NCBI GenBank assembly: GCA_042570545.1
Contig: JBHPGJ010000006.1
Coordinates: 1,327 to 65,326 of the forward strand
Source of the DNA: Patescibacteria group bacterium
GTDB lineage: Bacteria > Patescibacteriota > Patescibacteriia > JBHPGJ01
Direction of reading: 5' to 3'
Length of the DNA: 64,000 bases
Part shown: piece by piece, positions 40,364 through 49,686 of the stretch
How positions within the stretch are numbered: the first letter of the stretch is position 1
Layout of the letters: each line of letters starts with the position of its first letter
Translations under genes and position numbers: made by a program
Notes under the pieces: model-generated
Told to the model about the DNA's origin: nothing
What the model saw: only the letters and a program-made list of their open reading frames with translations
Database searches by the model: none

Positions 40364-41325
40364 CGCAATATTTTCTCTAGTCTGGATTTAAACTTCTCCC
40401 GGTACTCCTCACGTCGGTCAGCTTCGTGTACTTTAACTACCGACTTACCTATTACCACCCGGTTGTCGGGTTCACTGGACAGGGTGTCTTTATTTAACTT
40501 CATTTTGATCTTCTGGGCTGAGTGTAAGTAATTATCTATTTGATCGCCAAACCAGCTCCAGAGAAAAAATTCTCTAAGATAGCGAAACGTATAGGTCCAG
40601 GGCGTATCTTTTATCACTGGTTCTGGCCGCTGACTGAAGGCATTGGGCATTATAATCTCCAGCCAAGAATTACGACGTCGCAACTCTTGCCAGCCGCCAT
40701 TGTCATACAGCGGTACCAGCTGAGCTATCCAGAAAGCAAAATATGGATCAGCGGTGGGTAATAATAACGGTCGGAAATCAAGTGCTGTCTCAGTCAAATA
40801 AAAGCTTAAGCAAATATGATCTTTAACTTTACTACCATGACGGCGCAGTCCACGAGCTTCCAATGCACCGGTGACGACGAAACGGCTGGTCCATAAACGC
40901 TTGTCTTTGGTCACAATAAAGTAATCTATGTCACTTTCCCGTCGGATATTATTAATCGCCAATGTGTTGCAGACGGCGATTAATTTTATAAAAGGAGAAG
41001 TACGCAAAATCTTGGCTCCCTGTCTGGCAATTTCCCACTTGTGTCGGGCTATCTCATTTCTTTCCAGGCGCAAGATGACCAGTTCTTCGCGGCCGGTTAA
41101 ATAATAATAGCCGCCTTTGGTCTCAATTAATTTTTTGTCAACTAGTTCTTTTAGATTACTTAGAAATTCTTCGTGATTTATGATGTCTGGCTTGGATTCA
41201 ATTGCGGGCCAGCTAAAATATAGCCAACGCCAAATCTCCGATTCTTTCAGCGGATAATTATGGATATCGTGATAAGCTATAGTTGAAACAATAGCTTTGT
41301 CTAGTAGGCTGAACGTTAACTTCAT
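40360..41325 (-). CDS. hypothetical protein, possible nucleotidyltransferase-fold (SDIDYFIV segment), translationally coupled to pgeF (ATGA overlap)
   Basis: 321 aa ORF; weak motif only. Confidence 0.4.
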   Translation of the reverse strand: MKLTFSLLDKAIVSTIAYHDIHNYPLKESEIWRWLYFSWPAIESKPDIINHEEFLSNLKELVDKKLIETKGGYYYLTGREELVILRLERNEIARHKWEIARQGAKILRTSPFIKLIAVCNTLAINNIRRESDIDYFIVTKDKRLWTSRFVVTGALEARGLRRHGSKVKDHICLSFYLTETALDFRPLLLPTADPYFAFWIAQLVPLYDNGGWQELRRRNSWLEIIMPNAFSQRPEPVIKDTPWTYTFRYLREFFLWSWFGDQIDNYLHSAQKIKMKLNKDTLSSEPDNRVVIGKSVVKVHEADRREEYREKFKSRLEKILR

Positions 41326-41359
41326 TAGCTCTGATTATACCTGTTTACTTGTTGGCTGA

Positions 41360-44242
41360 CTACTTACGGTAATATTTTTTTAAATGCTTGCCGGTATAGC
41401 TGCGGGTCATTTTGGCTACCTCGGCTGGCGTCCCTTCGGCAATTATTTCTCCTCCTTTGTCCCCGCCCTCAGGACCCAGATCAATGACCCAGTCAGCTGA
41501 TTTTATTACATCCAAATTGTGCTCAATTATTAAGACGGTGTTGCCCTTGTCAACTAACCGATTAATGACATCCAACAACCGTTTAACATCTTCAAAATGC
41601 AGTCCGGTAGTTGGTTCATCTAAAATATATAAGGTCTTGCCCGTAGCCCGACGGGATAATTCTGTTGCCAGTTTTACCCGCTGAGCTTCACCGCCTGATA
41701 GGGTGGTGGCTGACTGACCCAGGTGTATGTAACCCAGACCCACATCACCGAGTGTCTGTAATTTTTGTTTTATTGCTGGGATGTTCTCAAAAAATACAGC
41801 TGCCTCTTCTACGGTCATGGCTAATATATCAGCTATACTTTTATTTCGAAAATGGATTTCTAGTGTTTGTTGATTGTATCGCTTGCCTTTACACTCGTCA
41901 CATTCAACATAAACATCTGGCAGAAATTGCATTTCGATCTTGGTCAGTCCGTCACCTTCGCAGGCTTCACAGCGTCCGCCTTTGACATTAAAGCTGAACC
42001 GACCAGGTCCGTAGCCGCGGATTTTGGCTTCTGGTACTTGAGTAAATAAATCTCTGATGTAGGTAAACACACCGGTATAAGTGGCCGGATTAGATCGTGG
42101 AGTTCGGCCGATCGGTGATTGATCAATATTAATAACTTTGTCTAAATTGTCCAGACCATCTATTCTTTTATGAGCGCCGGGCAGGTCCTTAGAGTTATAA
42201 AAATGCTGCGACAGGGCTCTGGCTAATATATCGGTCATCAGAGTCGATTTACCCGAACCTGATACACCGGTAATGCAGACGAATTTTCCAAGTGGGATTT
42301 TGACGTTTATCTTTTTTAAATTGAATTCACTGGCTCCGACCACGGTTACGTATTTGTTGTTGCCTTGACGATATTTTTTAGGCATATCAATCTTTTTCTT
42401 GCCCGATAGATATTGTCCGGTTATTGATCTGGCTGTTTTTTTAACAGCCGCTGGTGTTCCTTCGGCGGTGATCTTCCCTCCGTGCTCACCGGCGCCTGGC
42501 CCGATATCAATTACGTGATCAGCTGACATGATCGTATTTTCATCATGCTCAACCACAATGACAGTATTGCCAAGATCGCGAAGTGATTTTAGTGTTCTGA
42601 TAAGCTTATCGTTATCACGCTGGTGCAGACCAATTGACGGCTCATCTAAGATATAAACAACTCCGACCAGCGACGAGCCGATTTGAGTAGCCAGTCTGAT
42701 GCGCTGAGCTTCACCGCCAGCTAAGGTGGCAGCGGCTCGATCCAGCGATAAATAGTCTAAACCGACATTATTTAAGAACTCCAATCGTGATTGGATCTCC
42801 TTGAATATTTGCTTAGCGATTATTTGCTGACGATTTGTCAGCTTGTGTTCAAGGTTACTTCGGACTTGGGCAAGCTGCTTAAAAAATTCTCTGGCTTGAA
42901 CAATGGTCATATCAACTATTTCCGAAATGTTTTTCCCACCGACAGTCACGCCCAGAGCTTCTGGCTGCAAACGTTTGCCGTGGCAGACAGGACATTGAAG
43001 TATACGCATATAACGTTCTATTTCTGAACGGACATAATCTGATTCAGTTTCTTTATAGCGTCTCATCAAGTTTGGAATGACGCCTTCATAGGTAGTTGTA
43101 AAGTTGCCCTCAAATCTATCACTGGAGTAGTCCATTTTATATTCTTTACCTCGACTACCGTATAAAACTAGATCTAACTGCTTTTTAGTCAAATCTTGAA
43201 CCGGGGTATTGAGCGAAAATTTATTCTCTTCGGCTACCGTGCCTAACATGCGTATATACCAAGTTTGATTCGACGAGGTACGTGACCATGGCCGTATAGC
43301 TCCCTGGGCAATGGTTAGTCGTTTATTTGGTATTACCAGTGAGGGTTCTATTTCCAGCCGGGTGCCCAAGCCGGTGCATTCCGGACATGCTCCATGAGGA
43401 TTATTAAAAGAAAATGTCCGGGGCTCGATCTCGGCCAGACTTATATGACAATGTTCACAAGAAAAATGTTCAGAGTAGATAGTGTCTTTTTTATTTTGTT
43501 CTTGATGTATTACTATAACTCCATCGCCAAGTTCTAAAGCTGTTTCAATAGAATCGGCAATGCGAGTTTTGTCTGAATCTTGTTTCTCCATATCATCAAC
43601 GCCCAGTTCTAATCGATCAACGACAACTTCCAAGTTATGTTTTTTATTCTTATCAACCCGTAAGTCTTCGGCTTCTTCTATGCCGTAAATCACGTTATCA
43701 AATCTTACCCGGACATAACCGGCTTTACGGATCTCCTGGAGAGTATTTTTATGCTCACCCTTTTGGCTCCGCACTACCAGGGCTAGAATAGCAATCTTGG
43801 TACCCCGGGGCAGAGTTTGAACTTGATCAATTATTTGTTCAGCTGTCTGTTTTGATACTTGCCGGCCACACTGAGGGCAATGTGGGATACCAACGCGGGC
43901 GTACAATAAACGCAGATAGTCGTAAACTTCAGTTACTGTACCAACTGTCGAACGCGGATTATGCGAGGTAGATTTCTGATCAATTGATATAGCCGGTGAT
44001 AGGCCTTCAATCTGATCAACGTCCGGTTTATCCATCAAGCCTAAAAACTGCCGAGCATAAGCGGATAATGATTCAACATAGCGGCGCTGTCCCTCGGCGT
44101 AAATGGTATCAAAAGCCAACGATGATTTGCCGGAGCCCGATAGCCCGGTTATCACCACTAATTTATTTCGTGGAATCTTTAAACTGATATTTTTTAAATT
44201 GTGAACGCGAGCACCGCGTACCGAAATCGCCTCTTCGGGCAT
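41360..44242 (-). CDS. uvrA: excinuclease ABC subunit A UvrA
   Basis: 960 aa; two ABC ATPase modules ([17 protein letters not shown]), zinc-finger Cys clusters. Confidence 0.95.
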   Translation of the reverse strand: MPEEAISVRGARVHNLKNISLKIPRNKLVVITGLSGSGKSSLAFDTIYAEGQRRYVESLSAYARQFLGLMDKPDVDQIEGLSPAISIDQKSTSHNPRSTVGTVTEVYDYLRLLYARVGIPHCPQCGRQVSKQTAEQIIDQVQTLPRGTKIAILALVVRSQKGEHKNTLQEIRKAGYVRVRFDNVIYGIEEAEDLRVDKNKKHNLEVVVDRLELGVDDMEKQDSDKTRIADSIETALELGDGVIVIHQEQNKKDTIYSEHFSCEHCHISLAEIEPRTFSFNNPHGACPECTGLGTRLEIEPSLVIPNKRLTIAQGAIRPWSRTSSNQTWYIRMLGTVAEENKFSLNTPVQDLTKKQLDLVLYGSRGKEYKMDYSSDRFEGNFTTTYEGVIPNLMRRYKETESDYVRSEIERYMRILQCPVCHGKRLQPEALGVTVGGKNISEIVDMTIVQAREFFKQLAQVRSNLEHKLTNRQQIIAKQIFKEIQSRLEFLNNVGLDYLSLDRAAATLAGGEAQRIRLATQIGSSLVGVVYILDEPSIGLHQRDNDKLIRTLKSLRDLGNTVIVVEHDENTIMSADHVIDIGPGAGEHGGKITAEGTPAAVKKTARSITGQYLSGKKKIDMPKKYRQGNNKYVTVVGASEFNLKKINVKIPLGKFVCITGVSGSGKSTLMTDILARALSQHFYNSKDLPGAHKRIDGLDNLDKVINIDQSPIGRTPRSNPATYTGVFTYIRDLFTQVPEAKIRGYGPGRFSFNVKGGRCEACEGDGLTKIEMQFLPDVYVECDECKGKRYNQQTLEIHFRNKSIADILAMTVEEAAVFFENIPAIKQKLQTLGDVGLGYIHLGQSATTLSGGEAQRVKLATELSRRATGKTLYILDEPTTGLHFEDVKRLLDVINRLVDKGNTVLIIEHNLDVIKSADWVIDLGPEGGDKGGEIIAEGTPAEVAKMTRSYTGKHLKKYYRK

Positions 44243-44328
44243 AAAAATTACCCCATCTAGTTTACAAAGATGGGTGATAGTTTACACCCTCAGTCAAGAT
44301 AGGTCAAGAGCTAAGGCTTGGCTGCTGA

Positions 44329-44679
44329 TTATTGGGTTACATTAGCCGTCGTACCAGCTACAAATATTACGACCGCCCAGGCCAGTAGCACAACAATCAA
44401 ACCTACTATGGCCCCGATAATAACCTTTTTTGCTTTTTCGCCCCGTTCTTCACCTTGAGCAGTAGCGGCAACAAATCCGGCTGATATTATCATGACCACC
44501 GCTACTAAAGCCAATATACCAAGTACCCACTGGATGATATTTATTATCGTATCTTTCAAGTCGGTGGATCCCAAACCCACTGATGAACCAATATCTTCAA
44601 TGCTAAAAGAAGTCTGAGCTAGAGCTGGACCGGCTAGAAATAGGCAAAATATGGTTGATATTAGTATTACTTTTTTCAT
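44329..44679 (-). CDS. small exported protein with signal peptide and two hydrophobic helices, VirB2/TrbC-pilin-like
   Basis: 116 aa; signal peptide ...GPALA/QT; two TM helices separated by short loop; VirB2/TrbC-like architecture only, no sequence-level confirmation. Confidence 0.4.
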   Translation of the reverse strand: MKKVILISTIFCLFLAGPALAQTSFSIEDIGSSVGLGSTDLKDTIINIIQWVLGILALVAVVMIISAGFVAATAQGEERGEKAKKVIIGAIVGLIVVLLAWAVVIFVAGTTANVTQ

Positions 44680-44707
44680 ATCAACATTATATCATTTATA
44701 TACATTA

Positions 44708-44755
44708 ATAAAAAAATGCCTCCCACTCTACGAGCGCAGAGCGGGAGGGCTTGGA
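44708..44755 (-). terminator. hairpin terminator of the high-GC gene (gcctccc..ctct / agag..gggaggc with U-tract on minus)
   Basis: GC-rich imperfect stem 44721-44753; A-run 44711-44718 on plus strand. Confidence 0.4.
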
Positions 44756-44780
44756 AAACATGTACGAGGTGACAGCGGAT

Positions 44781-45329
44781 TTAGGCCGGCGGCGGTGCCG
44801 AAGAACTCTTGGTGCTTCCGACCGCCATATCCTGCGGCTTGACGCACGTAAAGATCGGGATGAGCTGGTGCTTGGGATCGAGGTTCATCGCGCCATTGAC
44901 GTTGACGCAGATGGTATGATCGTTGTCCCAGAGCTGACAGGCTGCCCACGATCCTTCGAGGGTGCGCATGGCCCAGTCGATGAGCGCGCCGCTCATCAGT
45001 GCCTCGAGCTTCTCTTCGCCTCCCACGACCGGGACGAAGTCGTCCTTGGTCTCGGAAAAGCAGAGAAACAGATAGGGCACCTTGTCGGTCTTGTTGGGAG
45101 GCTCGGCCATCTGTACGTAGCAGAAATGCAGGTACAGACCGGCGCGGATCAAGTCAGCGTAGAGCTGATCGCTCCGGCAGGGCATCGGTTGGGCCACCAT
45201 CTTGCCCGGCTGGGTGCGCTTCTGCGACCGCCGTTGGGCGATCACGTCGTTCTTGCGATCCAGCGTGGGCACGCCGAACTCATCCGGTGGTTCAAAATTC
45301 TTGAGACGAACCAAGACTACTTTACCCAT
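44781..45329 (-). CDS. hypothetical protein (182 aa) encoded by a ~60% G+C segment; likely horizontally acquired
   Basis: GGAGG RBS 6 nt upstream of ATG; own terminator; G+C far above the rest of the window; opposite-strand 218-aa ORF has Arg/Gly/Ala/His-rich antisense-like composition and is rejected. Confidence 0.55.
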   Translation of the reverse strand: MGKVVLVRLKNFEPPDEFGVPTLDRKNDVIAQRRSQKRTQPGKMVAQPMPCRSDQLYADLIRAGLYLHFCYVQMAEPPNKTDKVPYLFLCFSETKDDFVPVVGGEEKLEALMSGALIDWAMRTLEGSWAACQLWDNDHTICVNVNGAMNLDPKHQLIPIFTCVKPQDMAVGSTKSSSAPPPA

Positions 45330-45433
45330 TTTGGGCCTCCGATCATGCTGGTACTGGTTGGAGTTGATACGAGAGCTACTACGAATTCAGTTTTCGTCTC
45401 TGTCTAAGCTAAGGCTGTCAAAGAATCTATACC

Positions 45434-47308
45434 ATGAATATTGATAAATCCATAATACAGACCGTAAAATCTATCACAAAATCACCCTATTGTCAATCCA
45501 GGAGGTATAAATATCAATATTTACCGTGTTATACTATCAACAAGTATATGCCTGAAGTAAATAATTTACTCAAAGACCTGCCAACCAATCCCGGTGTTTA
45601 TCTATTTAAGAATAAGCGGGGAAAAATACTATATATTGGCAAAGCAAAAAATCTGATTAATCGGGTTCGGTCATATTTTAATAGATCAGCCGGATTTACA
45701 TTAGCCAAGAAATTAATGGTCGAGAAAATATTCAGCATCGAAACCATTCTAACCAATACCGAGACTGAAGCGATCTTACTGGAGTCGACGCTTATCAAAA
45801 GACACCAACCGCCTTATAATGTCGCTCTTAAAGATGATAAACATTTTCTATACATCAAAATATCCGACGACCAGTACCCCACCCTGGAAACAGTACGCCG
45901 CATAGGCAGTGATCGCAGTCGTTACTTTGGGCCCTATGCTTCAACCCGCTCGGTTCGGGTAACTTTGAAGATGCTGAAGCAGATATTTCATTATCGCACC
46001 TGTCAGCCGGGACAAGGACGTCCTTGTTTTGATTATACTATCGGCCGCTGTGCTGGTCCTTGTGTCGGAGCGGTCGGGCCGTGGCAGTATCAAAAAATAA
46101 TAAAAAATATAATCTCTTTTCTTAAAGGTCAAATGCAGCCGGTCATTGAAGATCTGGAAGATCAGATGCGACAAGCAGCCAAAAGCAAGCGCTATGAGAA
46201 GGCGGCCCAGTTACGCGATCAGCTGGTGGCTATCAACAGATTGAAAATCGGGCAAAAAGTAATCGGCACCAAAAAATCAGTCCAAGATGTAATTAGTATA
46301 TATCAGCAAAACGGCTTGGCAGCGGTGAACTTATTTAAAATCAGACATGGTTATATGGTTGAAAAAAGGAATTTCATTATGGAACGGGCCAGCGATATGA
46401 TAATGCCTAATTTGATCAGTGAGTTTATCATGCGTTATTACCCATTAACTACGGATTGGCCTAGAGAAATAATTGTGGCCGTCTCGCCCAAAGAAAAAGC
46501 GGTCTTAAAACAATTAACTGGTGCAAAGATTACCGTACCTCAACGCGGCTTAAAGAAAAAATTAATTGCCATGGGCAATACCAATGCCCGCGACTGGCTG
46601 CAACGCAGTCAGCAAGCACAAGCAAAACGTCAATCACAAGCCCAACTAGCCTTATCTGATCTGGCTGAGGCCTTACATATCAACCTGCCTGTTCGTATAG
46701 AAGCTTATGACATATCCAATATTCAAGGTGTTAACTCGGTTGGTTCAATGGTTGTTTTCCATCAAGGCCAGCCAAAAAATTCAGATTATCGAAAGTTTAA
46801 TATTCGAACAGTTAAAGGGATAGATGATCCAGCTATGTTGGCTGAGATTGTGCGCCGACGCTTTGCATCTGATAAGTTAAAATCTTTACCCCGGCCTGAT
46901 TTAATAATACTTGATGGCGGCCGGGGACAACTATCAGTAGTTGATAAACATATTCCTAAAGAATTGAAAAATATTCCCCTAGTGGCCCTAGCTAAAAGAC
47001 ACGAAGAAATTTATCGGCGTAATCGATCACTGCCAATAAGGCTGGTCGGCCAATCACCTAGTTATTTTCTTATTCAACGTATACGCGATGAAGCTCATCG
47101 TTTTGCTATTGGCGGTCATCGAAGGCGACATCGGGCAGTAACAATTCATTCTAAGCTTGATGATGTTCCCGGAATCGGGCCACAGACTAGACGTAAATTG
47201 TTAGCCAAATTTGGTTCGTTGGATGGAGTGCTTAAGGCCAGCACGATCGAACTAACAAAAATTGTCAATGAAAAAATTGTAAAAAAAATATATGAAAATC
47301 TCTCCTAA
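45434..47308 (+). CDS. uvrC: excinuclease ABC subunit C UvrC
   Basis: GIY-YIG motif PGVYLFKNKRGKILYIGKAKNL, UvrBC and RNaseH-like/HhH domains; real start may be the internal ATG at 45548 (MPEVNN..), upstream TTGTCA...TATAAAT promoter-like hexamers. Confidence 0.9.
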   Translation: MNIDKSIIQTVKSITKSPYCQSRRYKYQYLPCYTINKYMPEVNNLLKDLPTNPGVYLFKNKRGKILYIGKAKNLINRVRSYFNRSAGFTLAKKLMVEKIFSIETILTNTETEAILLESTLIKRHQPPYNVALKDDKHFLYIKISDDQYPTLETVRRIGSDRSRYFGPYASTRSVRVTLKMLKQIFHYRTCQPGQGRPCFDYTIGRCAGPCVGAVGPWQYQKIIKNIISFLKGQMQPVIEDLEDQMRQAAKSKRYEKAAQLRDQLVAINRLKIGQKVIGTKKSVQDVISIYQQNGLAAVNLFKIRHGYMVEKRNFIMERASDMIMPNLISEFIMRYYPLTTDWPREIIVAVSPKEKAVLKQLTGAKITVPQRGLKKKLIAMGNTNARDWLQRSQQAQAKRQSQAQLALSDLAEALHINLPVRIEAYDISNIQGVNSVGSMVVFHQGQPKNSDYRKFNIRTVKGIDDPAMLAEIVRRRFASDKLKSLPRPDLIILDGGRGQLSVVDKHIPKELKNIPLVALAKRHEEIYRRNRSLPIRLVGQSPSYFLIQRIRDEAHRFAIGGHRRRHRAVTIHSKLDDVPGIGPQTRRKLLAKFGSLDGVLKASTIELTKIVNEKIVKKIYENLS

Positions 47309-47447
47309 AAAGATCGAAGCCGAAGAAAAAAAAGTTGAAAATAAAGCCACAAGACGTCAACGTAAGAAACGTCCGATAATGAAAGTTTCTGGGCGACAAG
47401 TATTTCAGTTAAAAAACATCATTAAAAAAAGGGCTAAAAGTCGGTAA

Positions 47448-47476
47448 TTGACAAAAACAAGTCATTTTGCTAGATT
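47448..47476 (+). promoter_or_regulatory. sigma70-type promoter TTGACA-17-TAGATT for secG
   Basis: Consensus -35, 17-nt spacer. Confidence 0.4.
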
Positions 47477-47512
47477 CAAGGCTAGATTTCTCATGGAAAG
47501 ACAGAAGATTTA

Positions 47513-47731
47513 ATGAAAAATATATTACTAATCATACAGGTGGTATCAGCTGTGGTGCTCATTGTATTTATATTGATGCAGAGTCGCGGAGCAGGTTTGG
47601 GGGGCATTTTCGGCGGCAGCAGCAATGCCTACACGACCAAACGAGGTATGGAGAAATTATTATTTGTCGGCACTATTATCACCGCCATGTTCTTCCTTGG
47701 TGCTGCCTTAGCCAACGTATTATTATTTTAA
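47513..47731 (+). CDS. secG: preprotein translocase subunit SecG
   Basis: 72 aa; two TM with Gly-rich loop LMQSRGAGLGGIFGG. Confidence 0.8.
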   Translation: MKNILLIIQVVSAVVLIVFILMQSRGAGLGGIFGGSSNAYTTKRGMEKLLFVGTIITAMFFLGAALANVLLF

Positions 47732-47761
47732 ACATATATTGGGCTAGGATTATAAATTAGC

Positions 47762-49591
47762 TTGCCTACCTTTATCAGCCAACAATTTCAGAAAATAAAA
47801 AACTGGTTTACTAAGAAAAAGGACCAAGATAATTCAGCTAGACAATCGACTACCGGACAAGCCGATGAATTAGACAAAAAGCTGGTTTTTGATTTGCGTT
47901 CATCCCGACTACCATCACGGTCTCAGCTTAGATATTTACCCAAAGTATTAAATCGAACTGAAAAAAGAATTATTAAAATCTTCTTAGCGATAGCGATCAT
48001 CGCCTTGATTGTATTGGGTATAAGATTTTATCAGCGTCATGTCATAGCCGTGCCCACAGTTGGCGGACAGTATACCGAGGCCCTAATCGGCGCTCCCCAA
48101 TATATAAATCCGCTTTTCGCCCAGACAAATGACGTCGATCAGGATCTAGTGGCCTTAATTTTTTCCAGTCTTTTTACTATTGATCCGGCCGAGGGATTGG
48201 CTCCTGATTTGGTATCCAGTTATGAAATTTCTGAAGATCAAAAAAGTTATACCTTTACCTTGCGACAGGATGTTTATTGGCATGATGGCGAACAGCTAAC
48301 AGCCAATGACGTTTTATTTACTATCGGTGCTATACAGAATCCAGAATATAAAAGTCCGTTGTTCACCAATCTGCGAGGGGTAGAAACACATAAAGTCGAT
48401 GAATTCACCATTACCCTGACATTGCCAGAACAGTTTGCACCGTTTTTATCAAATCTTATCTTTGGTATCTTACCGGAACACTTGTGGTCTGATGTTGATA
48501 CGGCCAACGCCCTACTAGTTGAATACAACTTGAAACCAATTGGATCGGGACCATATGCTTTTCAGTCATTGACACGAGATCGAACTGGAATTATCAAATC
48601 ATACACTTTGATACCTCATGATCGTTATCATGATCATTCACCTTATATATCAAAGTTAACTTTTCGCTTATACCCTGATTTGTTTACTGCCGTAGAAGCG
48701 GTAAAAAATAAAAATGTTGAAGGTATTAGCTTTATCACCCAAGACCAAAAGGAAGAATTAGAAAAAAGTGGCATAAATATTCAGGCTCTTGGTTTGCCAC
48801 AATACTCGGCTTTATTCTTTCACCAGAAGAGAAACGAACGCCTTACTGATCTTAATATCCGCAGCGCTTTAGACAGAGCTATCAATAAACAGGTCATAAT
48901 TGACGATGTGCTGGGCGGAGATGGTGTTATAGTTGATGGACCAATCTTGCCGGGTTATATCGGATATAATCCTGATTTGGACGTGCGGTCGTATGACCCA
49001 GAACAAGCCAATAGATTATTAGACGAATCTGGCTGGACACTGCCCGAGGAGGGACAAGTAAGAACTAAAGACGATAGCGAGCTGGCCTTCTCATTGACCA
49101 CCGTTGATCAGCCACAATTTCTGGCTACCGCCGAACTAATTAAGACCAATTGGGAAGAAGTTGGTATCAGGGTGGAGCTAATAGTCGTTCCCAGCTCTCA
49201 AGCTCAACGTGATATAATTAAGACTCGGGAATATGACATACTACTATATGGCGAAATTATCGGTATTGATCCTGATCCTTTCCCCTTCTGGCACTCTTCT
49301 CAACAGACAGATCCCGGACTAGCCTTAGCCATATTCTTTAACAAACAAGCCGATAAAGTCTTAGAGCAAGCTCGGCAAACTAGCGACCAGGAGCAAAGAA
49401 ATCTTAAATACCTAGAATTTCAAAACATCTTAGCCGAGGAAATACCTGCAATTTTTATTAATAGTCCCCAATACATATACGGCTTAGCTGATAAAATAAA
49501 AGGCTTTGAGCTGCGAAATATAACCGTGCCAGCGGACCGCTTTACAAACATTAACGATTGGTATATCAAGACCAAACGGGCTTGGCAGTAA
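47762..49591 (+). CDS. ABC transporter substrate-binding protein, family 5 (OppA/DppA-like), membrane anchored
   Basis: 609 aa; N-terminal TM anchor; overall SBP_bac_5 pattern. Confidence 0.65.
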   Translation: MPTFISQQFQKIKNWFTKKKDQDNSARQSTTGQADELDKKLVFDLRSSRLPSRSQLRYLPKVLNRTEKRIIKIFLAIAIIALIVLGIRFYQRHVIAVPTVGGQYTEALIGAPQYINPLFAQTNDVDQDLVALIFSSLFTIDPAEGLAPDLVSSYEISEDQKSYTFTLRQDVYWHDGEQLTANDVLFTIGAIQNPEYKSPLFTNLRGVETHKVDEFTITLTLPEQFAPFLSNLIFGILPEHLWSDVDTANALLVEYNLKPIGSGPYAFQSLTRDRTGIIKSYTLIPHDRYHDHSPYISKLTFRLYPDLFTAVEAVKNKNVEGISFITQDQKEELEKSGINIQALGLPQYSALFFHQKRNERLTDLNIRSALDRAINKQVIIDDVLGGDGVIVDGPILPGYIGYNPDLDVRSYDPEQANRLLDESGWTLPEEGQVRTKDDSELAFSLTTVDQPQFLATAELIKTNWEEVGIRVELIVVPSSQAQRDIIKTREYDILLYGEIIGIDPDPFPFWHSSQQTDPGLALAIFFNKQADKVLEQARQTSDQEQRNLKYLEFQNILAEEIPAIFINSPQYIYGLADKIKGFELRNITVPADRFTNINDWYIKTKRAWQ

Positions 49592-49678
49592 GCCGCGGTG
49601 GTGAAATTGGTAGACACGCAGCGTTCAGGGCGCTGTGGGCGTAAGCTCATGGGAGTTCGACTCTCCCCCGCGGCACCA
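49592..49678 (+). tRNA. tRNA-Leu (anticodon CAG), 87 nt with CCA
   Basis: Manual fold: acceptor GCCGCGG/CCGCGGC, anticodon stem CAGCG/CGCTG loop TTCAGGG, long variable arm, T-arm GGGAG-TTCGACT-CTCCC. Confidence 0.85.
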
Positions 49679-49686
49679 AAAAGAAC

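Noticed and set aside
44751-45407. 218-aa plus-strand ORF spanning the high-GC segment
   Set aside because: Arg/Gly/Ala/His/Leu-rich composition typical of an antisense frame in GC-rich DNA, and no RBS. The minus-strand 182-aa ORF has a GGAGG RBS and normal composition.
47292-47447. 51-codon very basic ORF in the uvrC-secG spacer
   Set aside because: Its ATG lies inside the last codons of uvrC, there is no SD, and the sequence matches no ribosomal protein I could recall.
47467-47760. 97-aa ORF overlapping secG in another frame
   Set aside because: Cys/His/Arg-rich shadow frame. The SecG frame has canonical features.
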